Below are positions 43,341 through 51,778 of a stretch of DNA of 64,000 bases, in pieces; the stretch's first letter is position 1, and each line of letters starts with the position of its first letter. The stretch is from Pirellulales bacterium (lineage in GTDB: Bacteria > Planctomycetota > Planctomycetia > Pirellulales > JADZDJ01). Below the pieces are notes generated by a model, which saw nothing but the letters and a program-made list of their open reading frames with translations, was not told the DNA's origin and did no database searches. The stretch covers positions 88,823-152,822 of the forward strand of contig CAVZDC010000001.1 of NCBI GenBank assembly GCA_963773925.1. The letters run 5' to 3'. The position numbers were made by a program, and so were the translations under genes.

Positions 43341-43438
43341 GTCGCCTGGTGGTCTGCTGGTCTAGCCGTCTGGATTCTGGTGCTATGATTCTTAGGCACC
43401 AGATACATCGACACCAGACACGTCCTTCACAAATACCC
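43341..43438 (+). repeat. 98-nt spacer, exactly 14 heptads, with inverted CTGGTG / CACCAG arms
   Basis: ..GGTGGTC TGCTGGT CTAGCCG TCTGGAT TCTGGTG CTATGAT TCTTAGG CACCAGA TACATCG ACACCAG ACACGTC.. There is an 8-bp stem, 43376-43383 with 43396-43403. Confidence 0.75.
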
Positions 43439-44782
43439 ATGTCCAACCAAACACCAAAAACCATCAAAACCACCTGTTGCATCACCGGCGGCGGACCGGC
43501 CGGCATGATGCTCGGCTATCTGCTGGCCCGAGCCGGCATCGACGTAACCGTGCTGGAAAAGCACGGCGATTTCCTCCGCGATTTTCGCGGCGACACGGTG
43601 CATCCTTCCACTTTGGAAGTGATGTACGAGCTCGGCCTGCTCGACAAGTTCCTGAAGCGCGACCATCAGGAAGTGCAACAGTTGGCCGGCAAGATCGGCG
43701 ATTTCGAAACCATGATCGCCGATTTCCGCCACCTGCCGACGCACTGCAAGTTCATCGCCCTGATGCCGCAGTGGGATTTTTTGAACTTCCTGGCCGCGGA
43801 AGCGAAAAAATATCCCACGTTCCACCTGCGCATGCGGGCGAACGTGACTAATTTGATCGAAGAGGACGACCGTGTGGTTGGCGTGCATGCCGAAACGCCC
43901 GACGGACCGCTGGATGTGCGGGCCGACTTGACCGTGGCCAGCGACGGCCGCCACTCCACGCTGCGCGATCGCGCCGGCTTCAAGGTTCACGATCTCGGCT
44001 CGCCCATCGACGTGCTCTGGATGCGGATTACCCGCAAAGAAAGCGACCCGCTAATTCCGCTGGGGCAAGTATCGGCCGGCAGCATCCTGGTGATGATCTA
44101 CCGCGGCGAGTACTGGCAATGCGCCTACGTGATTCCCAAAGGGGGCTACGACGAGGTGCGGGCGCGCGGCCTGGAAGCGTTCCGGGCACGGATCCTGGAA
44201 ATTTCGCCCTTCCTGGGCGACCGCGTGAATGAGCTGCGCACTTGGGACGACATTCGCCTGTTGACGGTGAAGATCGATCGCCTGGATCGCTGGTACAAAC
44301 CTGGCCTGTTGTGCATTGGCGATGCGGCGCACGCCATGTCTCCCGTCGGCGGAGTCGGCATCAACCTGGCGATTCAAGATGCAGTTGCAACGGCAAACCT
44401 GCTAGCCAAACCGCTGCGAGACGGCACGCTTACGCTGACCGACTTGCACCGTGTGCAGCGTCGCCGCGAATTTCCGACGCGCATCACCCAGCGCGTGCAA
44501 GTGTTCATTCAAGATCGAGTGATCAATCGGGCAATCACGGCGACGCAACAAATCAAGCCTCCGCGCATTGTCCGCTGGCTAAAGCGCTGGCCGCGCTTGC
44601 GCCGCTTGCCGGCGCGAATGGTTGGCATGGGCGCCCGCCCGGAACACGTGCACACGCCCGACGCCTTCGCAGGCAAAGGCATGTGGCAGGCAGCAAGCGG
44701 TTCCGGCACGCCGGAAGCAGCCAGACACAGAAGCGGCGGTTACTTCATAAACTCGCGGTACTGGCGGTCGAGTTCTTCGTAG
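43439..44782 (+). CDS. FAD-dependent monooxygenase/oxidoreductase
   Basis: CCITGGGPAGMMLGYLLARAGIDVTVLEK (GxGxxG) and CIGDAAHAMSPVGGVGINLAIQDA. The last roughly 35 codons overlap the convergent gene and run through repeat-like sequence, so the true stop is uncertain. Confidence 0.8.
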   Translation: MSNQTPKTIKTTCCITGGGPAGMMLGYLLARAGIDVTVLEKHGDFLRDFRGDTVHPSTLEVMYELGLLDKFLKRDHQEVQQLAGKIGDFETMIADFRHLPTHCKFIALMPQWDFLNFLAAEAKKYPTFHLRMRANVTNLIEEDDRVVGVHAETPDGPLDVRADLTVASDGRHSTLRDRAGFKVHDLGSPIDVLWMRITRKESDPLIPLGQVSAGSILVMIYRGEYWQCAYVIPKGGYDEVRARGLEAFRARILEISPFLGDRVNELRTWDDIRLLTVKIDRLDRWYKPGLLCIGDAAHAMSPVGGVGINLAIQDAVATANLLAKPLRDGTLTLTDLHRVQRRREFPTRITQRVQVFIQDRVINRAITATQQIKPPRIVRWLKRWPRLRRLPARMVGMGARPEHVHTPDAFAGKGMWQAASGSGTPEAARHRSGGYFINSRYWRSSSS

Positions 44783-46224
44783 CGCTGGCCGGTGAGTTTC
44801 TCCAGCGCATCGGGCGCGGCATGGCCGGTATACACGGCGATCAGGTAATCCATTAGCGCCGGACGATATCGGCCATTGTCGGCGGCCATCAAGAACAGCG
44901 CCACGCCCGAGCTTTCGCTGTAAAGCATCGGCAGGCGCGGATCGTGCTGCATCGAATCGCGGCCAAAGGCGACCAGTTCGCGCAACGGCACGTAGAAGTT
45001 GTCGTCCAACAGCCGCTTGCGGGCGGCCGGCGCGCGGCCTTCGTTTTCGCCGCCGACGGTGATGTAGCTGCCGTAAGGATCGTCGGCCAACAAGCGATGC
45101 TCGGCGAGCGATTCCATGTAGCAAGCGACGGCCTCAACGACCCAGAAATTGTTTTTCACGCCCGGCCGAATCGCGCCGGACTTAAGCTCGTAGAACAACT
45201 GATGCGTGCCTTCGTGGTTGAGCGTCGAATCGTGGCGCTCCGCACCGTAAAAAAAGTACGCCGTGTTGGCGGTGTCGATATAAATGCCCAGCGACATGCC
45301 GATTTGCGGCTGGGAGCGAATCAGCGCATCGACATATTCTTGCTTGTCGCGGCAGTACGTGACCTGGTGCAATTTGCGAGGCATGCTGGGAACAGGCGAC
45401 TTCTCATCGGCAGACGCGGCAAACCAGCGCTCGACATCCGCAGCAGTGGCGTAATAGGGTAGAAACACTTGCCGCCATACGTCGTACAGCGTTTCCAGCC
45501 GGCTGGCCAAACGCGCGCCTTCTTCCAGGCTGTGATTGGTGGTGACGGCGTAGTGATCGCTTTCGACACGCCAGCCATTTTTGATGTTGCTGTGCAGCCG
45601 GGCATCTTCCTCCTTATCGATCCAGTTGCCACGGTAAAATCGCGTGCCCTTTTCGTAGCGCGGCAGGTAATCGGCGGGCAGCCAGCCGAATGAATCGCTC
45701 CACACTTGCCCATCTTTCAGCCGCCGCACGGTTTCGGATGTCTTCCAGCCATCCTGGTATTTCTCAAATCGGAGGATTTTTCGGGCCGCCGCGTGATCAG
45801 GATTCTCGCGCACCGTTTCGCGCACCAATTCGAAAGCCAGCGAAGGTTGCTTGGCTTTGGCCGCCGATTGGGCCAATTCGAAGAGCTTATCGGCTTGGCC
45901 GCGTCGCAGCTCGGTGAATTTCGTCCACCATTGCTGGGCGGCTTCAGAATCGACAAACTTCGCCGGCGGGCGCTGACTCTCCGGCAGCGCGAACACATAA
46001 ATCATCGTCGGATCGCGCTTCGGAAGCCATTTGCGCGTCAGCTCGGCCTGCTGCGACAGCGAATTCGCATCGCACCAAGCGGCTAGTTCGCCCAATTGGG
46101 AAACGTACGCGCTATCAAGCTGCTGGCGAGCCGACGCCAAATCGTCGGCAGCGTTGAGTCGCCCGGCATAGAGAAGCGGCGCTATCAGCAGCGCAGCGCG
46201 CAGTCGGAGAGATACACGTAGCAT
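44740..46224 (-). CDS. secreted HExxH protein (possibly DUF1570-type putative metallopeptidase)
   Basis: Signal MLRVSLRLRAALLIAPLLYAG and an LNHEGTHQLF (HExxH) motif. The family name is from memory only. Confidence 0.55.
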   Translation of the reverse strand: MLRVSLRLRAALLIAPLLYAGRLNAADDLASARQQLDSAYVSQLGELAAWCDANSLSQQAELTRKWLPKRDPTMIYVFALPESQRPPAKFVDSEAAQQWWTKFTELRRGQADKLFELAQSAAKAKQPSLAFELVRETVRENPDHAAARKILRFEKYQDGWKTSETVRRLKDGQVWSDSFGWLPADYLPRYEKGTRFYRGNWIDKEEDARLHSNIKNGWRVESDHYAVTTNHSLEEGARLASRLETLYDVWRQVFLPYYATAADVERWFAASADEKSPVPSMPRKLHQVTYCRDKQEYVDALIRSQPQIGMSLGIYIDTANTAYFFYGAERHDSTLNHEGTHQLFYELKSGAIRPGVKNNFWVVEAVACYMESLAEHRLLADDPYGSYITVGGENEGRAPAARKRLLDDNFYVPLRELVAFGRDSMQHDPRLPMLYSESSGVALFLMAADNGRYRPALMDYLIAVYTGHAAPDALEKLTGQRYEELDRQYREFMK

Positions 46225-46307
46225 TTCTCCAGTGTACCTCGCCGGAGGCGGAAATCGCGCCTGCGGAATTTCCGAAAAGTCAAATTAGTTTATCACGAGC
46301 ATTGATT

Positions 46308-46336
46308 TTGTCAACAATGTTTATATAACATATTGA
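46308..46336 (+). promoter_or_regulatory. possible promoter in an AT-rich patch
   Basis: TTGTCA, a 17-nt spacer, then TATTGA. It overlaps the near-palindrome CAATGTTTATATAACATATTG. Confidence 0.3.
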
Positions 46337-46352
46337 GAAAGTGAATAATCCT

Positions 46353-46721
46353 ATGCCTGAGCAACAACCCGTCGGCAATGAATGCCCCTACTGCGGCACG
46401 GTGATGACCGTTACGCAGATGTCGTGCGAGCATTGCCGCGTAGCGGTTTCGGCGGCGTTTCCCATGTCGCGGCTGGCCGGGCTGCCGGTGGAACATCAGC
46501 GGTTTATTGAAATGTTCGTGCTGGCCAGCGGCAATTTGAAAGAGATCGCCGAACAAGTGGGCGTTTCGTATCCGACGATTCGTTCGCGGCTGGACAAGGT
46601 GATTGAAGTGCTGCGGGTTGAGATTTCCAAAACGCAGCGCATTCGCGGCAACGTGTTGGACGCCGTCGTGCCCAGTAAAACCACGGCCGAGGAGGCCGCG
46701 CGGCTTATCAAGCGCATTTAA
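46353..46721 (+). CDS. DUF2089-type zinc-ribbon/HTH protein
   Basis: CPYCGTVMTVTQMSCEHCRVAV...LPVEHQRFIEMFVLASGNLKEIAEQVGVSYPTIRSRLDKVIEVL. An alternative GTG start is at 46341. Confidence 0.7.
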   Translation: MPEQQPVGNECPYCGTVMTVTQMSCEHCRVAVSAAFPMSRLAGLPVEHQRFIEMFVLASGNLKEIAEQVGVSYPTIRSRLDKVIEVLRVEISKTQRIRGNVLDAVVPSKTTAEEAARLIKRI

Positions 46722-46736
46722 GCGTGGGAGTCATCC

Positions 46737-47486
46737 ATGTTCCAAGATGATTTGGTGACCGACTCTTCGCGGGATCCGCTGGCCGGCAGTTCGCCGGAGG
46801 AGCAGGCACGACTTGACGCCGCCATGCGACGCGCCGATGAGCTGCTGGTCACTTCGCTGAAGACGGAAGAGCGCCGGCGAAACCGGCGCCGGATATTCGT
46901 TTTATTCATTGGAGGGGTAGTCATGCTAACCATCGTTTGTGCAATGCTGCTCGGATGGCTGGGGCAACAAAATCCATCGAAAGCCGACATTGAGAAGGCG
47001 GCGCAACTGGGGCGAGAAGGCTGGAGCTTGTGGCAAAAGCAACAGTTCGCCGACGCAGTGCCCAAGTTCGAGGAAGCGGTGAAGCTGAATCCGAAAAACA
47101 CGAATGCATGGAACGGATTGGGTTGGTCACTGTTCAATTCCGGTGATCCCGATAAGGCCATCGAAGCTTTTCAAAAGGTGCTGGCCATTGAGCCGACGCA
47201 TCCGGCGGCGCTGAATGGGTTGGGGCAGATCTTTCTGATGAAGCGCAAGTACGTCGACGCCGAGAAGTTTCTGCTCAAGGCAGCACCGAAAGCAACGGCG
47301 GCGTGGTACGGGTTGGCACGGCTGTATTTGCTGGAAGGGAAGTTCGACGATGCCGCGAAGTGGGCCAAGAAGGTCGTGGATTCGGGGCAAGGAGACGACA
47401 CGGCCAAAGAGATGCTGAAGGCGGCAGAGGAAAAGAAATTGCCCGATGATTTGAAAGCACAAATCGAGCCGCCTCCGGCGGACTGA
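46737..47486 (+). CDS. single-pass membrane protein with periplasmic TPR domain
   Basis: RRRNRRRIFVLFIGGVVMLTIVCAMLLGWL (TM), then TPR units (NAWNGLGWSLFNSGDPDKAIEAFQKVLAIEPTHPAALNGLGQIF..). It starts 15 nt after the DUF2089 gene. Confidence 0.65.
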   Translation: MFQDDLVTDSSRDPLAGSSPEEQARLDAAMRRADELLVTSLKTEERRRNRRRIFVLFIGGVVMLTIVCAMLLGWLGQQNPSKADIEKAAQLGREGWSLWQKQQFADAVPKFEEAVKLNPKNTNAWNGLGWSLFNSGDPDKAIEAFQKVLAIEPTHPAALNGLGQIFLMKRKYVDAEKFLLKAAPKATAAWYGLARLYLLEGKFDDAAKWAKKVVDSGQGDDTAKEMLKAAEEKKLPDDLKAQIEPPPAD

Positions 47487-47532
47487 TTCCAGCGAAGCGG
47501 AGTTGCACGATTCGGGTTGCCTTCATTTGCGA

Positions 47533-47573
47533 GCCCGGCGACCGGCAGGAGTCGCCGGGCTTTTTTTGTTTTT
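47533..47573 (+). terminator. rho-independent terminator
   Basis: GCCCGGCGAC-cggcagga-GTCGCCGGGC (10-bp stem) followed by TTTTTTTGTTTTT. Confidence 0.85.
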
Positions 47574-47608
47574 GAGCAGGGACGCAAACGTGCGATAGAA
47601 TTGGCTAT

Positions 47609-48631
47609 ATGGTTCACCGACTATCGCTTTTCCTGTTGACGGCCATTCTCCTTGGCAATCACGTGTCATCGGCGGCGCAGTCGCGCGTGGAGATCGAAGT
47701 GCTAACTCGACCCAGCCTGAATGCGGCGACGGCTTCGCAGAAATGGATGAAGTCGCTGGCGGATCTTGGATTTGGCAATGTGCAATTTCGGCCGGCGCAG
47801 GCGGGGGACCGGATCGACGTGCAAGGCGCGGATGGCGGGATCGTTCGGGTCACGGCGCAGTTGGATGAGCATGGGATACTGGTTACGCCGGGAGGCCAGT
47901 TCGCGATATCCGACAGCGCGAAGCTAAAGAAATGGCTTGCGGATTTGCAAACCGGCGGCGTGGAAGGGATTGGGCAGTCGCGGACCGCGTTTGGATTTAC
48001 CCGCAATCAGCTCGATCAGGCACGGCAAAGCCTGGCGGCGCCGGTTGGCTTTGCCACCAAGGGAATGTCCGCGGCTAAGGCATTGGAACAGATTTGCGCC
48101 GGCCTGAAGGCAAAGGTAACCGTCGAGCCGGCGATTGAACGGGCGATTGCGGCCGACGAACCGGTGCGTGATGAACTGGAAGACGTGGCCAGCGGAACGG
48201 CGCTGGCGGCGATTGTTCGACCGGCGGGTGGCGTGCTCATTCCGCACTATGCGGATGGAAATTTGGAATTGCAATTGACCGCAACGAAAGAAGTCGGTGA
48301 TTCGTGGCCGATCGGTTGGCCGCCGGGAGAAAAAGACGAAGGCAAAATCATTCCTGCGCTATTCGAGTTCATCAAAGTGGAAATCGTTGACACGCCGGCA
48401 AAGGAAGCGATCGATGCCATCCAGGTACGGCTGAAAACGCCGTTTCTGTACGATTACAACAACATGGCGCGGAACCGGATCGATCTGGCGAAGAAGGTGA
48501 AGATGCCGGCGGGCAAAACGTTCTACAAGAAAATTTTGGACCACGTGCTGTTTCAGGCCGGGCTGAAATGCGAGATTCGGCTGGACGATGCCGGCAAGCC
48601 GATTGTGTGGGTGACGACGCAGAAACCGTGA
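47609..48631 (+). CDS. secreted protein (hypothetical)
   Basis: Signal MVHRLSLFLLTAILLGNHVSSAAQ. This is a 340-aa intact ORF with no recognised family. Confidence 0.5.
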   Translation: MVHRLSLFLLTAILLGNHVSSAAQSRVEIEVLTRPSLNAATASQKWMKSLADLGFGNVQFRPAQAGDRIDVQGADGGIVRVTAQLDEHGILVTPGGQFAISDSAKLKKWLADLQTGGVEGIGQSRTAFGFTRNQLDQARQSLAAPVGFATKGMSAAKALEQICAGLKAKVTVEPAIERAIAADEPVRDELEDVASGTALAAIVRPAGGVLIPHYADGNLELQLTATKEVGDSWPIGWPPGEKDEGKIIPALFEFIKVEIVDTPAKEAIDAIQVRLKTPFLYDYNNMARNRIDLAKKVKMPAGKTFYKKILDHVLFQAGLKCEIRLDDAGKPIVWVTTQKP

Positions 48632-48663
48632 TTAGCAGGTGGCTGGCAGCAGGCGGCCGGCAG
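48632..48663. repeat. GC-rich 7-nt tract filling a convergent spacer
   Basis: GTGGCTG GCAGCAG GCGGCCG GCAG. Confidence 0.5.
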
Positions 48664-50466
48664 TTACAGCAACTCGTCGAGTTCGTCGACGAGTAGCGCG
48701 AAGTGTTTCAGCGCGGTTTCGACCGGGGCGGGCTTTTCCATGTCGACGCCGGCGTCGCGCAGCAGATCCAACGGGAATTTCGAGCAGCCGCCTTTAAGGA
48801 AGCCGAGGTAGTCGTTCAATTCGCGCTTGCCGCCATTGACAACGCGTTCCGACAGAGCGATCGCGGCTGATAGGCCGGTCGCGTATTTGTAGACATAAAA
48901 CGCCCGATAGAAGTGCGGGATGCGGAAGCATTCCAGGGCCAGTTCATCGTCGATGACGAAATCTTTGCCGAAATAGTGGTCCAACAAGGCGCGGTAGATT
49001 TCTTTGAACTTTTCGACCGTCAGCGGCTCGCCGGCCTCGACGGTTTCGTGGGTGATCTTTTCGAACTCGGCGAACATCGTTTGGCGGATGATCGTGCCGC
49101 GGATGTTGTCGATGTCGCGATTGATCAGGTAGGCCCGTTCTTTATCGCTCTTAGCTTTTTGCATCAGGTGGCGGCTGAGCAGTTGTTCGTTGAACGTGCT
49201 GGCCACCTCGGCCACGAAGATTGTGTAGTTGTAATACTGGTACGGCTGATGTCTGGCCGAATAGTAGCTGTGCATCGAGTGGCCGGCTTCATGGGCCAGC
49301 GTGAACACGTGATCCAGCACCTCGCTTTGATAGTTCATTAGGATGTACGGATCGCCGTCGAACGTGCCGGCCGAGAAGGCGCCGCTTTGTTTGCCCTGGT
49401 TGGGATAGCGATCGCACCAACCGTTGTTCAGTCCGCCTTCGAGCACGCCGCAGTATTCGCTGCCCAGCGGCTCAAGCGAAGTGACGACTTCCTTGACGCC
49501 TTGATCCCACTTGCGGCGCGATTCTAACTGGCTGAGGATCGGCACGTAGGTGTCGTAATGATGGATGTCGGGCAATTTCATTTTCCGCTTGCGCAGATCG
49601 TAATAGCGATACAGCGCCGGCAAATTCTTGTGGACCGCGGCGATTAAATTGTCGTACACGCTTTGGGGCACGTTGTCGGAGAATAGCGCGCCGGCCAGCG
49701 CGCTTTTGTAGTCCCGTGCCTTGGCGTAATACACATCGCGCTGCATCGAGCCGGCGAGCGTAGCGGCCAGCGTGTTTTCGTGCCCCTTGAACTGCGCGTA
49801 GTATTGGTGGAACGCCGCTTTGCGGACGGCTCGCTTCGACGAATGCAGCAGTAGCGAGAAGGTCGCATTGCTCAGTTCGATCTGCTCACCTTTCTCGTTT
49901 TTCACCAAGCCGAATTTGAGATCGGCGTCGGTCAACTGGCGGAAGGCATGATTGGCGGTTTCGGCCATTTCGGCCTGCATGGCCAGCAGTTTTTCTTCCG
50001 ATTTCGCCAGCGTGTGCGGCTTGTAGCGCAGCAGGCGCTCGAGCGAAACGCGATGGGGGGCCAGTTCCTTCGCGGCCAGGAACTTTTTCAAGGTGGCCTC
50101 GGGAATGGCCATAATTTCTGGCCGGATGTAACTGGCGGCCTGGCCGGCGCGGCTGGCGGCGTTTTGATAACGGCCGATCATCCGCTGATAGGTGCTATTG
50201 GCCTGGTCTTCGGTGGTTTTCAAAAAGGCGTAGGTGCCCAGGCGCTCGCCAGTGCGGTCGAAAGCGATGTCGAACTCCAGGCAGTCGGCCAATTTTTTGG
50301 CGCTTTCGCCGAGATGGCCGGCGAAGCGTTCGTAGCCTTTGATTTCGCCTTCCCACTTTTTGAAGGCGGCTTCCCAGGCGGCGTCGGATTTGTAGAGACT
50401 GGCCAGATCCCAGCAGTCGGCGGGCTTAACTTTGCTGCGCGGCGGAAGTTGTTTGACTTTGGACAT
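48664..50466 (-). CDS. pepF: oligoendopeptidase F (M3B)
   Basis: FTLAHEAGHSMHSYY zinc motif and length and architecture typical of PepF. The start was chosen at MSKVKQLPP (50466); the longer ORF runs into a repeat hairpin. Confidence 0.9.
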   Translation of the reverse strand: MSKVKQLPPRSKVKPADCWDLASLYKSDAAWEAAFKKWEGEIKGYERFAGHLGESAKKLADCLEFDIAFDRTGERLGTYAFLKTTEDQANSTYQRMIGRYQNAASRAGQAASYIRPEIMAIPEATLKKFLAAKELAPHRVSLERLLRYKPHTLAKSEEKLLAMQAEMAETANHAFRQLTDADLKFGLVKNEKGEQIELSNATFSLLLHSSKRAVRKAAFHQYYAQFKGHENTLAATLAGSMQRDVYYAKARDYKSALAGALFSDNVPQSVYDNLIAAVHKNLPALYRYYDLRKRKMKLPDIHHYDTYVPILSQLESRRKWDQGVKEVVTSLEPLGSEYCGVLEGGLNNGWCDRYPNQGKQSGAFSAGTFDGDPYILMNYQSEVLDHVFTLAHEAGHSMHSYYSARHQPYQYYNYTIFVAEVASTFNEQLLSRHLMQKAKSDKERAYLINRDIDNIRGTIIRQTMFAEFEKITHETVEAGEPLTVEKFKEIYRALLDHYFGKDFVIDDELALECFRIPHFYRAFYVYKYATGLSAAIALSERVVNGGKRELNDYLGFLKGGCSKFPLDLLRDAGVDMEKPAPVETALKHFALLVDELDELL

Positions 50467-50565
50467 GTTGAAAGAGTGAGCAGGTGAGTAAGTGAGTAGG
50501 TAAGAATTCTGGCGACGGGTTATTTCATACTTACTCACCTACTCACTTACTCACTCTTGCGAAGC
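50467..50565 (-). repeat. 8-nt-unit inverted repeat filling the fabH-pepF spacer
   Basis: Plus-strand arms are AGAGTGAG CAGGTGAG TAAGTGAG TAGGTAAG and CTTACTCA CCTACTCA CTTACTCA. A 17-bp perfect stem pairs 50485-50501 with 50537-50553. Confidence 0.8.
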
Positions 50566-51586
50566 CTACCAGCGCCACAGCGCGGTGCCCCAGCACAGTC
50601 CGGCGCCGAAGCCGCACATGACGATGTTGCCGCCGCGCTTGACCAAACCTTTTTGGATGGCTTCGTCGAGCGCCAACGGAATGCTGCCGGCGGAGGTGTT
50701 GCCGTATTGCTGGAGGTTGACGAACATTTTGCGGCGGTCGACGCCCAACTCGGCGGCGGCGGCGGCGAGAATGCGGATGTTGGCCTGGTGCAGGACGACC
50801 AGATCGACGTCATTGGTGGTAATTTTGGCGAATTCCAGCACGTCGCGCACGGATTGATCGATCAGGCGGATGGCCCATTTGAAGACCGCGCGGCCGTCCA
50901 TTCGCATGAAGTGCTCACCGGCTTTCACGGTTTCGACCGAGGCTGGCTTGCGCGAGCCGCCGGCTTTCATGCACAAGATATCTTCCGCCGAGCCGTCGGC
51001 GCCAAGGGTGTAGGCGATGAGGCCTTGGTTGTCGCTGCCGGCGGCCAGCAAAACGCGCACTGCGCCGTCGCCGAACAGCGGGTAGGTTTTATTGTCGGTG
51101 GGTTCGACGATGCGCGAGTTGGCGTCGGCGCCGACGATCAACGCCAGCTTGCTGCCGCCGGTGGCGACGAACTGTGCGCCGGTGACGAGGGCATACATGA
51201 AGCCGGCACAGGCCGCCGACACGTCGAAGGCTCCACAGTGCAGGCCGAGCTTGGTTTGCACCTGGGTGGCGGTGGAAGGGATCGGCAGATCGGGGCTGAA
51301 CGTGCCCAACACCAACAGATCAACATCGCCCGGCGAGACACCGGCGCAATCCATGGCGCGGCGCGCGGCGGCCACAGCCAGGTCGCTGGTGCATTGATCC
51401 GGGGCAACTTGCCGCCGCTCGCGGATGCCGCTGCGCTCAAAAATCCATTGCGGATCGCAGCCGTACTTGGCGAGGTCTTCGTTGCGCACGACTGTATCCG
51501 GCACATAGCTGCCGGTGGCGATGACACTGCACCCCGGTCAGCCGCCGCAGCGGCGATCGCAGATTTTGAGGAGGGGCGTAGGCCAT
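50566..51586 (-). CDS. fabH: beta-ketoacyl-ACP synthase III (one apparent frameshift near the 5' end)
   Basis: GSYVPDTVVRNEDL, AACAGFMYAL, HQANIRI, GNTSAGSIPLAL, GFGAGLCWG. The N-terminus MAYAPPQNLRSPLRRLTGVQC is in another frame (track ORF 51437..51628). The break is near 51525. Confidence 0.85.
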
Positions 51587-51642
51587 TGGAAGGGCGCAGG
51601 ATTCAGGATGCAGGGCGCAGAAATCCAATTTGCGGGCGCAGG
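51574..51642 (-). repeat. four CCTGCGCCC boxes phased at 18/21/21 nt across the fabH start
   Basis: Plus-strand GGGCGTAGG (51574), GGGCGCAGG (51592), GGGCGCAGA (51613) and GGGCGCAGG (51634). Confidence 0.7.
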
Positions 51643-51648
51643 AAAGAG

Positions 51649-51669
51649 CCCGTAAGTTACGGGTTTTTT
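51649..51669. terminator. short hairpin with flanking A6/T6 (possible bidirectional terminator after lepA)
   Basis: CCCGTaagttACGGG followed by TTTTTT on the plus strand. On the minus strand (lepA sense) it is followed only by CTCTTTCC. Confidence 0.3.
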
Positions 51670-51778
51670 GCGGAGTTCACAAGAGCGAGTGCGAGGTGGG
51701 GTTGGCACCGACAAACCCGGTTTGTCCGTGGGGGTGAAGGAGATTTTCACTGCCAAGCGCGCTTGTCAGTGCCACCCG

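Noticed and set aside
47314-47331. TGGCAC...TTGC as a sigma-54 (-24/-12) promoter for the activator's regulon.
   Set aside because: The GG-to-GC spacing is 3 nt too long and the site lies inside the TPR-protein coding sequence. No convincing -24/-12 site was found in the intergenic regions.
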